DNA of 64,000 nt. It comes from Callorhinchus milii (taxonomy: Eukaryota). This document shows, piece after piece, positions 40,603 through 53,273 of the stretch. Every line of letters starts with the position of its first letter. Positions within the stretch are counted from its first letter, which is position 1. The position numbers and the translations under genes were made by a program. The stretch lies in NCBI RefSeq assembly GCF_018977255.1, contig NW_024704769.1, forward strand, positions 1,798,001 through 1,862,000, given 5' to 3'. The notes beneath the pieces were generated by a model. That model saw only the letters and a program-made list of their open reading frames with translations, searched no databases and had not been told where the DNA came from.

Positions 40603-43258
40603 CCTGTTAATAACAATAGGTTGTTGAAATGCCTCAAACTGTTTCACTGGCAATAATAATAATAATAATAATAATAATCCTCGCATTTGACCCGGAGCCT
40701 CGTCGGGTCTTCGAGACGCCTCAAAGCGCTTTGCGGGATACGCTGTCGAGCGTAGTGACCGTGTACTCTGTGGGCGAAACACGGCGGCCGATTGCGCCCA
40801 GCGGCGTCCCCCGCACAAGCAGTCGTGGGTTGAGTGACCCAATTTATTATTGTCGTGTAGTGACTGTTTTTTTTTTGAAGGCAAAGCCAACAACAACAAC
40901 AACAGCGGCACACGATGTTTACACGGCGCCTTTCACGTCGGGAGGACGTCCCAAGGCGCTGGACAGTCAGGGATTTGGACCCCGAGCTGGGGGGTGGGGT
41001 GTCGGGATCAGGAGGGGGTGGAGGGCGGGGCGGGTGGGGGTAGGAGGGTGGTCGAAGGTGCAGTAGAAGAGAAAAAAGCAGGGGGGGAAGCCCAGCAAAG
41101 TCCCACAAGCAGCTGTGAAGTGACTGAGCCATTTTATCCGGGAGAAACCGCCTTCCTCCTTTCTGATAACGAACGACACGGCATAAAAATCGATCGGCCA
41201 CAAATACGCAGTCACTACACTTTGCAGTCAAACCCCGCGGTGGGATCCGAGCTGCTCCAGTGACTCGATTAAAAGGAGTTGGATCAAACGCAATCTCAGA
41301 CGGTCATCAGTAAAATTAGAAGCGACAACAAATCACACTCGTATAGCGCCTTTCACGTCAAATATGTACAGGGGAAGTATTTACAGCAGAACGGGGTACC
41401 AGCAAAATGCTTTCATGCTTTATTTTGGGGGGGGGGGGAGGCTTCAGCCGGGTGTTTGGCACACGCGGAAACCCACCAGCAAGCACAGGAGTCTCCAAAC
41501 CAAGCCGAGAGTTTCTTTCGACCACCAGGTGTCAGTACGAATAAAGCAGTTGTAATTATAATTATAATAATAATAATAATAATAATAATCCTTGCGTTTG
41601 ATCCAGCCTCTGAGGTTCGATTCCCGGCGGGGTGTGGGGGGCAAAACCTTCGGTAAGTTTCCTTACTCAACGCGCCTCTGTGCACCCAGCAGTAAGTCAG
41701 AAGTTGGTCGTCGCTTTTAATCCCTTCAAAATATATATATATATACGTACACACACACACAAACCCCCCCCCCCCCAGTTATCTCAGCAAATCCTGCATT
41801 CAACATCATCCATAATCCCTTCGAAAAAAATTGTTCACTCAATCCCACGGCTGTTTGTGGGGACGCTGCCGTGCGCAACCGGTTGCCGCTGTTCCGCCCC
41901 CAGGATACACAGTCACTACACTTTACAGCAGTGCTTTCTGTGAAGCCCTTCGAGACCTCCGGAAGACACGGTAAGGCTCCGTGTCAAACGCCAGGATTAT
42001 TATCGTCATTAAAACGGGTTGTTATTTCGGAAGCTCGGAGGTCCCAACACTCCACAGCAGCTGAAACCGAGCAGCGAAACTAAACTAAACCGAGGAGATA
42101 AAGTCGTTAACGGGACCTGCAGTGTGTCCGAGACAACTTTGATATTGTAATTAATTTATCTGTTGAAGAGCTCGGCTTCTTGCCAATCACCAGGTGAGCG
42201 GTGAATGTGTAAGGCCACCGCCAGAGATCAAAAGGAGGCCATTTCTCACCTGCTCTCCCCTCGCAAAATCCTTTTGTCTGGTTCTGGCTTGAGGAGGAAT
42301 TCCAAAGGGATGGTTAACCCAATCCCCAATGGAGAGAAGCAATTTACTGGTCACAACAAGGTGAGAGAGACCAGACAGACAGATAGAGAGGGAGAGAGAG
42401 AGAGAGAGGGCTCGGAAACGCACAGAGCTCTCATTTCTGTGGGAAAAGTCTATCGGAGAGGAACGAGACTCCCAGTTCTTTGAAGTGTTGATCTGGTCGA
42501 GAGGAGCATCAGAACCGTCGTAGACAAGACACGTTCAGCTGAAATACATGATGATCGTTAATCATAAAGCCATTACTCCTCCCACCCCACCACCCCAAGT
42601 TTCCAAGCGTCTTACGCTTAGCTCGGGGGGGTTCGAGCCCTCGCCTCGCAAGCGAGAGGACCTGGGTTCGATTCCCGGGCGGGTCGGGTCAGGGCCAAAC
42701 GTTGGGCAAGTTTCCTTACTCCACACGCGCACACACCTCTGTTGACCAGCAGTCACTAGCAACCCGGTTGTTCGTCGATTGAGGGGGTTGGGGGGTCACT
42801 AACCCTCCCCTCCCCCGTCATAAAAAGACTTCTATCACAGGAGAGAGAAACCTCTGGTGATTATTGGAACAATTATCTACCCTTCATTGAGGGTGATTGA
42901 AAGCTCTCCACCTCCCACCCCCCACCCCATAATAACTCTCAAACCCACTCCCCTTTGGCTCTGAGTGTCACTGTCTCCAAACCCTGTTGGGGGTGAGGAT
43001 GGGGCAATAAAACCAAATACCCCCCAAAAATGCTTCCCTCCCCCAAATAAAACTATTAAATCCAATTAGAGCTGGTAACAATTTTACACCCTCCCTCCCC
43101 CTCTCTCTCTCTATCTCTAACTCGCCCTATTCCTGTAAAAGCACAGAAACAAGTCACTTTTACAAGGAAGAGAGAGCACTTGATGTCGTAAGTCTTTTTT
43201 TGTGAACGAGAGTAGAGTTGGGAGTTGTGGTTGGAGTTTGGTCTCAGTGTTGAGACTG

Positions 43259-43380
43259 TGTGTATTGAGCTCGATGGGGGTGGGCTGGGGGTCAAGGGGT
43301 GGGGTGGTGGTGGGGGGGGTTGATCAAAGAGATGTAGTGACTAGCCATCAGCCACTTCAAAGCTCTGTCCCACCTATAAA
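43259..43380 (+). promoter_or_regulatory. nodal proximal promoter (FoxH1-like site, two TCF/LEF sites, TATA box)
   Basis: TGTGTATT at 43259-43266; ATCAAAG at 43323-43329; TTCAAAG at 43356-43362; TATAAA at 43375-43380, about 75 bp upstream of the ATG. Confidence 0.6.
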
Positions 43381-43452
43381 ACGCCTCCCAACCACCAGCC
43401 CGACATTCAGTTAAGCTCTCCACACCTCCTCCTCCTAAACAGAGCAGAGCAA

Positions 43453-46400
43453 ATGGCTGGGGGTCAGCGCCTCCCAGGACTTTCCCCCTTAATAGTCCCC
43501 CTCCTCCTCTTGGTGGTCGCCACAACTCGGGCAGACCGAGGGGCTGGGGTCGCCCCGGCAGCCCGCGGGCCACTTGCCCCTGCTCGCGGGCCGCCAAGGG
43601 TTGCCCGCGGGCCGCCAAGCGTTGCGGGTTGGATACTCCGGCAGCGGCTCCCGCTCCAGCCCCGCTATCCCGCCTACATGATGCGCTTATACAGAGCGGC
43701 GACCGGAGGCGGAGATGTCCCGAGACAGCACCGGACAGCGGTCAGAGGGGCGGACAAGATCCTGAGTCTGGAGGCGGCGAGTAAGTCATTGTCAGCAGTT
43801 TGTCTGTGTGACTGTCTGTCTGTGTGTGTGTCTGTCTGTGTGTGTGTCTGTCTGTGTGTGTGTCTGTCTGTGTGTGTGTCTGTCTGTGTGTGTGTCTGTC
43901 TGTGTGACTGTCTGTCTGTGTGACTNNNNNNNNNNNNNNNNNNNNNNNNNNNNNNNNNNNNNNNNNNNNNNNNNNNNNNNNNNNNNNNNNNNNNNNNNNN
44001 NNNNNNNNNNNNNNNNNNNNNNNNNNNNNNNNNNNNNNNNNNNNNNNNNNNNNNNNNNNNNNNNNNNNNNNNNNNNNNNNNNNNNNNNNNNNNNNNNNNN
44101 NNNNNNNNNNNNNNNNNNNNNNNNNNNNNNNNNNNNNNNNNNNNNNNNNNNNNNNNNNNNNNNNNNNNNNNNNNNNNNNNNNNNNNNNNNNNNNNNNNNN
44201 NNNNNNNNNNNNNNNNNNNNNNNNNNNNNNNNNNNNNNNNNNNNNNNNNNNNNNNNNNNNNNNNNNNNNGGGGTTTGGGGAGAAATCCGGGAGTTGAGGG
44301 TAATGGCAACAGCTGTAATGGTGACAGTAATCGCGGCAACAATAATCCAATCGCATTTCGCTCACACGAAACCCACGGTCACAGTCGAACCCGGGTCCTC
44401 TCGCCTGTGAGGCGAGACCCCTGACCCCTGAGCCACATTAACTAACGCTGTTCTCTGTCTCTCTCCCACCCTCCAGGTTGGGCCTACAGAGGAGACAGGT
44501 GGGTGATCCACTTTGATCTCTCCTCCATTTCCGGGCAGGACAGCGTACAGTTTGCTGAGCTTCGGCTGCACTTGTCCCAAATCCCCGTCGGCACCAACGC
44601 AACCATCACCATCTATCACAGCCGCGGGAGAGAGTGCGCGGGGAACCAGAGCTGCCAGGATCGCTTCCTCCTGGGCTCCTTCACCGCTGACCCTTCCACC
44701 ACCGAGTCCTCCTGGAAGGTCTTCAACGTGACTGGTCTCCTGGACGTGTGGACTGGCCTCGAGCCAATCGAGAACGCTCAGGTCTCGCGTCCCCATCGAC
44801 ACATCGAAGCCCGAGACCACGAGGCGGGTGAGGAGCATCTCAAGGTCATCAGAGAAAAACTGGCTTCGGTCAAAGCCAAGAGATCGGGCACCAACCCCAC
44901 CACGCGCCCGTTTCTCCGAGCAATGGCCGTGGACCAGGTGATGATGGTGGTGTTCTGCAAGAGGAACAGCTCGGAGGGGCTGGGCGCCCCCACGCTGCTG
45001 CGGACGGTGGAGAGCTCCAAGTTCAGGACCTCGGGCAAGGGGAACGAGGACGCCAGCGGCAAGCGGCACAAGCGCAACAAGAAGGAGCGCTTGGCCGAGG
45101 GCAACAGCACCTCATCGCAGGCCGCGGGTCAGTCCCTGTGCCGGAGGATGGACATGGAGGTGAACTTTGACCACATCGGCTGGGGGGAGTGGATTATCTA
45201 CCCCAAAACCTTCAACGCCTACCGATGTGGCGGCCTGTGCCCCTCTCCCGTGGATGAGGTCTTCATGCCCACCAACCATGCCTACATGCAGGTAGGTGAG
45301 AGATGTCTCCAGGTCGCTCCCTATGGCCGTGAGGGTTTCTTAGCAGAGCAATGCCTTGTAGTGTAGTGGTCAGAGCCCTCGTCTCGCAAGTCAGGGCAAA
45401 ACGTTGGGCAAGTTTCCTTACTCCCCGCACACAAGGGCCAAAGGTTTTGCCCTGACCCGCCCGGGAATCGAAGCAAGCAGAGAACCGTCGTTAAACCAAA
45501 AGGCGCAGTCACTACGCTTTTACAGGAGAAACTCCGTGACCGACGTCCGGATGTTTTCACGTGAGAAGACATTATATCAAATGCAGGGATAACTCTTATC
45601 CCCGACACTTGAAATCCTGTGAAGTGCTTTGAGCTGTCTGATCATCAACAACAACAACACCGTTTATATAGCTTCCCTCAAGTGGGGTCGTGTCCGAGGG
45701 CTCTCGGGAGGACATCAATGTGCGTCTAAACAGGGTTTGTCTGTCCAAGGTGGACGTTTAAGATCCCACAGTGCTATTCAAAAAGAGAAGGGCACCTCTC
45801 TCTCTCTCTCTCTCGGTGTCCTGCCTGACAACCCCCCCTCCCCACCGCTCCCCCAGATAACATTCGGTCACTCACTCTCGATGGCTGTTTGCGAGATATG
45901 GCTCTGTGCGCAAATTGGCTGCCCGCAAAAATACACAGTCACCACACTGGATCCCGTGAGGCGCTTTGGGGGCGTGAACCGAAAGGCGCTGCAGCCGACT
46001 TTTAAGAATTATTGTTGGTTATTAATCGGGAGAAACCGTCCCAGATAAGTGACGAAACCACGGGTTAAAGTCTCTCTGTCATCAGACCGGATTGACAGCT
46101 GGTGACTGTGTTGTGTGCCAGTCACTTCACTCACCACTGTCGGTGAGGTGACTGTGACCAGTTAAGACTGTAGTGGCTGTTTGCCAATCCCCTCTGTGTC
46201 TGGGAGCATCGCTTTGTCACGCGTCTGCAGTACTGGAGCACGGTATCCCGAATACCCTGGAGTTCCCTGTGGCTCAGGGGGGTTAGAGCCCTCGCCTCGC
46301 CAAGCGAGCGAGAGGACCCGGGTTCGATTCCCGGGCGGGTCAGGTCAGGGCAAAGTTTTCTTACACCCCCCTCCCAACACACACACACACATACCTCTGT

Positions 46401-46808
46401 TCACCAGCAGTCAGTAGGATCGGTAGATGGCTTTTCCGGGGATAGTAATCCCTCCAAGGAAAAATTAAATAAATAATAATTTCTTTCAATATCTGGGGGG
46501 TGTGGGGGGGGAGATACAGTGTACAGTTTGGGGGACACATGTCGAGCGACTGGATGGACCAGCGAGTTCTTATGCCCTTAATTTGGACGTTGTATTATTA
46601 AGATGATTGTAATTATAACGACAACGTGCGTTTTACACTATCTTTCCTCCCCCAGAGTTTGCTGCAGTCCTTCCACCCGGAGCGGGTACCTTGCACGGCC
46701 TGTGTGCCGGTCAGGCTCAGCTCCCTCTCGATGCTTTACTACCGGGACTCGGAGGTGGTGTTGAGCCACCACAAAGACATGATCGTGGAGGAGTGTGGCT
46801 GTCGCTGA
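43453..46808 (+). CDS. NODAL: Nodal (TGF-beta family) preproprotein, EIF4EBP1-ASH2L locus paralog (squint/southpaw/Xnr1-type), 431 aa
   Basis: Exons 43453-43780, 44477-45291, 46656-46808 (TGA), phases 1 and 0. Signal peptide ([11 protein letters not shown]), [11 protein letters not shown] prodomain motif, RHKR convertase site, mature domain [35 protein letters not shown]...[11 protein letters not shown]...VPCTACVP...MIVEECGCR. Confidence 0.96.
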
Positions 46809-48344
46809 GGCCGGGCCGAGGGAGGGCGGCTGAACTGTGATCCCGGGGGGAAATCCAGTCCAGTCGCCTGAACATTTGACCTGAACCGGATTGGAGTGAG
46901 CGACGCTGTGAAAAGAGAGAGAGGGGGTGTGGGTGGGGGGGGGAGAAAGGGGTTGAGGCCACAACAGGACAGAATTGGCCTTCATTGTTTCGAGACACTC
47001 CGCCGTGGTTCTATCTCCTCTCACACTTATTTACAGCTCGGATTCTTGTGATGACACCACAGAGATCGGTGTTGTTCCCCTCTGATGTGTGTGGCGGTGG
47101 TGGAGGGGGGGGGGGCGCGGGAATGGGTGGGGAGGGGAAGGGGGTAAACTGACCACCAACATTAATTGTAAATTGTTTGATACGAGTAACTCAAATCCAC
47201 TATATAAAATTTTATATTTTTATGTAAATAGAGAGAGAGAGAAAAAGAAGTAATTTATTGTTTAAGTGTGACCGCTGTGTTGCGTGTGGGTTTTTTTTTC
47301 CTTGGGCGACCGAGCATGTGTCTGTCTGACACACATGGAAACCCATCACTGTGCTGAAGAGTATTCGAACCAGACTTGAGAATTCCATGCCCCGCATCTG
47401 ACGCCTGGAAATCCCAGAGATCCAATGAAAATAAAAGCACTTGATGTGGCCCCAAAACCTGTATCTGATCCTTTTTGTCTCTTCCGTTTACCCGGAGCTC
47501 AGGGGTTAGAGCCCTCGCCTCGCGAGCGAGAGGACCCGGGTTCGATTCCCGGGCGAAATGTTGGGCAAATTTCCTTACTCCGCGCACACACACACACTCG
47601 CACGCGTCTCTGTTTACCAGCGTCATTAGGAACCCGGTTGTTAGTCGATTGCTTTTCTGGGGGTAATAATCCCTTCAAAAACAATAATAATTGGTCACTC
47701 AATCCACGACTGTTTGTGGGGGACGCTGCTGTCCGCAACTGGTTGTCACGTTTTGCCCACAAACCGTAGTTATTCCACTTTGAGGTATATCCGGTGAAGC
47801 GCTGTGAGACGTCTCGAAGAAGGCGCTGGATCAAATGCGAGGATTATTATGTTAAGGATTCTTGTCGAGATAAAAACAACGTGTGAATAAACTGATGTCA
47901 GGAACTGGGGATAAAATCAGCCTCCGAGCCATGTCTCTCGATTCAGGAGAGAGAGAGAGTGAGAATTGGCCAATTATTTGCACAATCCCTTTTAAGCATT
48001 CACCTGCGATCGTCCCTTTATGGAACCACCGAGAGCATCAACTCTTAAACCACTGTTGATCCATATAAGCATTCGCACTTGAGTGTGATCCTTTGAAGAT
48101 GACAATTACATTTGATCCCTCTAAAAGCACCACCTGCGCATCATTCCTTTAAGCCTCGATGATTGTGCTTTCCCCTCTCCCACCCCCACCCCCCGGCTCG
48201 TTGTCAGACTCCGTCACTGTCAAGCCCCCCTCCCAGGACACTAACCCATGTGAAAGGCGCTATATAATTCCCAGCAGTTGTTGTTGTTGATCACTTTAAT
48301 CATACACCTCGAGTCTCATCCCTTGAAACCCACTTTGTTTGCCC

Positions 48345-48815
48345 GGCCGGGTGTCTGACACACACGGAAACCCGTCACTGTGACCGGCCGGGTGTCTGAC
48401 ACACACAGAAACCATCACCGTGGCTTAAGAGTCTCCAAACCCAACTGAGAATTCCCCACATCCCACCCCCACACCTGGAAATCCCAGAGAGAGATTGTCG
48501 GAATGGAATGTGCTCTCCCTCTCTCCCTGGAGGGACGCCCCCTCGCTTACCTAATTCGGGAGAGTATTAGGCGCAGAGCCAAGGCTTGAGGGGGAACCCT
48601 GAGTGTGCGTTGGGGTAACTGCTGGAGTCTAACCATCTAAACCCACACAGAGTTTGGCCATTGATGTCGCTGTCTGGCCGAGCTTTCCCACTGCTTGTCC
48701 AGCTCGGACCCCCCTCCCCGTCCCCCTCCCCAGGGCTTTGGCTGCGGGGTTAACAGGAGCTGAGGGGGTGGATTCTCTGCCCCCAGTGACTGGTCAGCCC
48801 TTCCTTTCACTGTAA
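48345..48815 (+). mobile_element. Longest copy of the unclassified interspersed repeat (others at about 1435-1495 -, 20880-20975 -, 34995-35315 +, 41445-41515 +, 47320-47420 +, 55345-55460 and 55835-55965 -)
   Basis: Shared blocks GGGTGTCTGACACACACGGAAACCC, AAGAGTCTCCAAACC, GGAATGGAATG, CCTAATTCCGGAGAGTATTAGG; 5' end locally duplicated at 48345-48420. Confidence 0.75.
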
Positions 48816-49342
48816 TACTGTGCGGAGGGCTGTTTGTCTGACTGTCATGGAGTCCCTTTAACTCAGTAGTTGCTACGAGTCGCAGCCCTGACCTGTCTCA
48901 GCGTTTGTCTTTGTCACTCGGGGAATTTCCTGTTGATCCCTGTGGTGAGAACTCAAATCAACATGTGCTATAGACAGCCCGACCCCCTGGGGGAGTGAGT
49001 TGGGGTGTGTGTGTGTGGGGGGGGGCAGAGAAAGGACACGACCTGTGTATTAACACCAGGGGACACGGTTTCACTGTCGGTCACTGAAAAGTGACCGAAA
49101 AGTCATTACAACGTCTGATAATAAGTCTTCAAGAAATAATGGTTTTTGTTTAGATAATGGGGTAGATATCATGACTTTTTGCTCACTCTGTATTTTTACA
49201 GTGCCTACAAAATCTCAACTATTCGAAGTGGAGTCCCGTATAGGATAACGGTTCGAGCCCTTCGCCTCGCGAGCGAGTGGACCCGGGTTCGATTCCCGGG
49301 CGGGTCAGGTCAGGGCGAAATGTTGGACAAGTTTCCTTACTC

Positions 49343-49374
<32 letters not shown>

Positions 49375-50029
49375 TCTGTTCACCAGCAGTCAGTAGGAAC
49401 CCGGTTGTTAGTATTCGCAGATTACTTTCCTGGGGGTAATAATCCCTTCACTAAAAAATAATAATAATTTGGTCACTCAATCTACGATTGTTCGTGGGAC
49501 GTCGCTGGGCCCAATTAGCTGCCGACAAAACACAGTCACTACCCTTCACAGCGTATCCTGTGAAGTGCTTTGAGACAGCTCAACTACGTGATAAGGCGCT
49601 GTATCAAACACAATGATTATTATGATCAGAGAGAGAGAGCAGCGTAAGTTTTATAAAGATGAGAGGACACAGCTGTCGGGACAAGTGGGAGATTTTCTCT
49701 CTAGTGTTGAGACGATTAAAGTGGGGTCTGATACAGGGGGTTTAAGACTATAAACGGATTAAGAGGCAGTTTCCACTTGTTGAAATATGATAAATAACTG
49801 ATCTAATAGGGAGTTTAGGAGCAATTTCTTCTATACCCCGATCCTACACCCCTCTGCTTACCTCCCCCTCAGCAAAAACTTGCATTTATATACCGCCCCT
49901 GCACATGGGACAGAGTCTCTCACGTATACATTGTGTTTATTATTAAATACATCGATGCTTTCTGCTTCAAGACAGCTCCAACATTCTCACATCAATGTGT
50001 TTAACAGGAAACTTAATGTTTAAGTGAAG

Positions 50030-50425
50030 GGGAGGAGAATAGAGGGGTGGGAGAGGGGAATAGAGGGGTGTGGGAGAGGGGGATAGAGGGGTGTGGGAGA
50101 GGGGAATAGAGGGGTGTGGGAGAGGGGAATAGAGGAGTGTGGGAGAGGGGGATAGAGGGGTGTGGGAGAGGGGGATAGAGGGGTGTGGGAGAGGGGAATC
50201 GAGGAGTGTGGGAGAGGGGAATCGAGGGGTGTGGGAGAGGGGAATCGAGGGGTGTGGGAGAGGGGGATCGAGTGGTGTGGGAGAGGGGAATAGAGGGGTG
50301 TAGGAGAGAGGGATCGAGGGGTGTGGGAGAGGGGAATGGGGGTGGTGGGAGACGGGGATAGAGGGGTGTGGGAGAGAAATAGAGGGGTGTGGGAGAGGGG
50401 ATTAGAGGGTTGGGAGAGGGGAACA
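50030..50425 (+). repeat. 24-bp G-rich minisatellite
   Basis: Unit GAGGGGTGTGGGAGAGGGGAATA/GATA, about 16 copies. Confidence 0.9.
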
Positions 50426-51179
50426 GAGGAGGACTGGTATGGAGCATAAACACCGGCATGGATAGTCATGTACTATGACCTACATTTTTTGCCCATTTCC
50501 TGTGCAAATGAGAGTGGGGGCAGGGGGAGGAGGTGGGGGCGGAGGGGAGGGGAGGGGGTGTTGGCGGGTGGGGGGGGAAATCAACTCCTAGGTGAAAAAG
50601 TGAAGCCTTTTTTTAAAAAAAGAGAAATTAGAACCGTCTCCCCACAGTGAGCGTAGCGTGTGTTTACTGCGGAGGCAGGAAGCCTGGCTCAGCCCCCGCC
50701 AGCCCCCACCAGCCCAGCAGCACTGAGCAGCCACCTGTTTGTTTAGCCAGACGATGGGAGATTAGTGAATCCACATCCCCTCCCTGGGGGGAGCGAGGTG
50801 AGAGGGGGGGTGAGAGGGGGGGGGGGGGGAGGGACACCTATCAGAGATTCTCACTGCATCTGTTTCTCTTACCAGATCTGTTAACAACACGTCCGTCAGG
50901 CGGACAGAAGGACGGATGACCCACATCTGTCCAGCCGTTTTCCTGCTCTGGTCTCAATCCCACTCTCGGCACTCCACGCGGAGCAAAGATTCTGGACGCG
51001 CGGGTCGGAATATTCTCCTGGCGTTGGAATACAGCGCCTCATCACCTCGTTGAGGGGCCTCAGGATTGACTGTTAAATGCAGTGACTTGTGTGTTTTGTG
51101 GGTGAAACTCGGCAGTCAGTTTGCGAGCAGCAGCGTCCCCACAAACACAAACAGTCGTGGGAGTGAGGGACCAGTTTTA

Positions 51180-51465
51180 TTTGGGGCCAGGACACCGGGG
51201 GGGGGGGGGGGGGAGAGAGAGAGAGACTCCTTTCTCTTTTCGAACAGTCGCTACAGGCTCTTTAACGTCCACCTGATCAGGCAGACGGGAGCTCAGTTTA
51301 ACGTCTCGTCCGAAGGATGGCGTCTCCGACAATGCAACACCCTCCCCCCCCCCCCCCCCCCCCCATCCCAGCATTGGAGCTTCAGCTTAGACTGTGTGAT
51401 TCCATGTCGCGACGTGGGGCTCGAACCCACAACCCCCTGAATCAGAGGCGAGAACGCTACCACTG
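51180..51465 (-). mobile_element. DeuSINE-like element; another fragment at about 45720-45830 (+) in nodal intron 2
   Basis: Reverse complement shows the head and TTCGGACGAGACGTTAAAC..CCCGTCTGCC..CAGGTGGACGTTAAAG...CGGTGTCCTGGCC Deu-domain-like core. Confidence 0.6.
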
Positions 51466-52851
51466 CGTGTAAAATATATATATATTACAAAATATAACAT
51501 GAAATCATACAGAACAGGACTGAAGACGCCCACGCAGCCTATTGTGTTGTTAAGTCGATTGGTGGATCGCTTTCCGGGGGTAATAACCCTCCCCCCGTTT
51601 GGTGATGCAACCCACGACTGTTTGTGGGGACGCTGCTGTGCGCAATCGGCTGCCGTGTTTCGCCCACAAAATATACAGTCACTACACTTTACAGTGTATC
51701 CTGTGAAGCGCTTTGGGACGCCTTGAAGACGTGATAAGGCGCCGTATCAAATGCCAGGGTTATGATTATTATTATTATGTTAAAGCCCGTGATCAGGTCA
51801 GCCATCAACCTGCTTTGTTCCAGCAAAAAACAGTCGAGGTTCCTCCAAGTCTCAGCTCATAGGCCAAACCACTCAACCCCGGTATCTTCCTCGTCCCGAC
51901 AGAACGACATCCCTCCTGCAGTTAAATCACCCGATTATCCAGCAACAACTCGGGACAAAAGTGAGAGAAGAGATGAAGGGTGTTTGGCACAGCATGAATT
52001 GCTTCAGATGTGTGAGTCCCAGATCCCGGCTTAACACAGTAACAGTTATTTACTCTGAATATGGTCTGAGTGGGGCAGACTGTTTTTCTTTGAGGTATGG
52101 GCTGGGTTACTGGCTCCTGCGGGAACCAGACAGGCATTTGCTTATTCATTGTTGTTGTAAGATGTGGATTGCAGCTAACGTCCCTCACTCAGCCTGACAC
52201 AGCAGGTCTGCCTGTCGCTGGCGTGGCTGGGACTCACCGTGATTGATCTCTCCCCAGCGTGCTGCTTACATCAACCCTGCTTCACCTCCCACCCCAGCTC
52301 CCTCGCTCTTCCCAGGCTCCGCCGCTTTTAACCGCTCCGAGACGCTACCCTGCCAAGCTATCGTGGGTTGTCGCAGCGCTGGTGGGGTGGGGGGGAGAGA
52401 GAGAGAGAGAGGGGAGGTGGGGAGACGCATTGTCAGAAACTCCATCCTCAACGGATGAGAACATTAAGCCAAACAGAGCAGTTCTTTGGGGTTGGGAGAA
52501 ACTCTCAGTTCTTTTTGTAGAAAAATTGATGTTATTTTTGTGGGTGACAATCGGGGTGGGTGGTGGGGGGGGGGTGGGCAGCAGGTACGTGGGGTCTCCT
52601 TGGGGCTGAACAACCGGGTTTCTTCTTACTGCCGGGTAAACAGAGGCGCGTGTGCGGAGTAAGGAAATTCGCCTAAGGTTCTGCCCTTCCCGCTTGCGAG
52701 GTGAGCGCTCTAACCCCTACACTACGGGACTCGACGACCTCTTGCCCGTGTGGAGCGCCCACCGCGCTGGGCTGCGTCTCGAAGCGCTCACAAAAGCACC
52801 AGCTCACGCGGACACGAGACTTGCGGCAAGCTCACGTTAAGAGAATTTGAC

Positions 52852-52857
52852 TTTATT
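52852..52857 (-). terminator. Candidate EIF4EBP1 poly(A) signal
   Basis: AATAAA on the minus strand about 420 nt after the stop. Confidence 0.55.
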
Positions 52858-53273
52858 TGTTCTGTTCACTCCCCCCCCCCCCCCCACCACTCTCCTCCTC
52901 TGACACGCCAGCCTTCAGAGCCGACGATAAAATGATACAAATTTGAAGCCGGATTAAAAGCGGATCATTAAACACCCCCCCACCCCACCCCCCGCCACCA
53001 AAGAGACGCTCGTCTTCCAAGGCGCGGCGAGAACCGGCCGGACCTGGACCGCGCTGGGTCCCGTGGTAACCGCAGGCCGGGCCATTCTCTCCTCGGATGC
53101 ATTCAAGAATTCCGTGGGTTTCCATTCGTGGCCGGAAACTTTGTTGTGGTGGTGGTGGTTGTTGTTGTCGTCGTTTTGTGAGCGAACGGCTTGGGAGACG
53201 TCGCGGGGGCTGGTGTGGAAGCCGGAGAGAGACACGCGGAGCCAACCTTCCGCCTCTCCATCAGGCCAGAGCC

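Noticed and set aside
44362-45069. 235-aa antisense ORF over nodal exon 2
   Set aside because: Shadow ORF of GC-rich coding sequence with no recognisable domain.
47430-47442. miR-430/427-type seed match (AGCACTT) downstream of nodal
   Set aside because: It lies immediately after an AATAAA and next to a repeat fragment, so it is uncertain whether it is a functional 3' UTR site.
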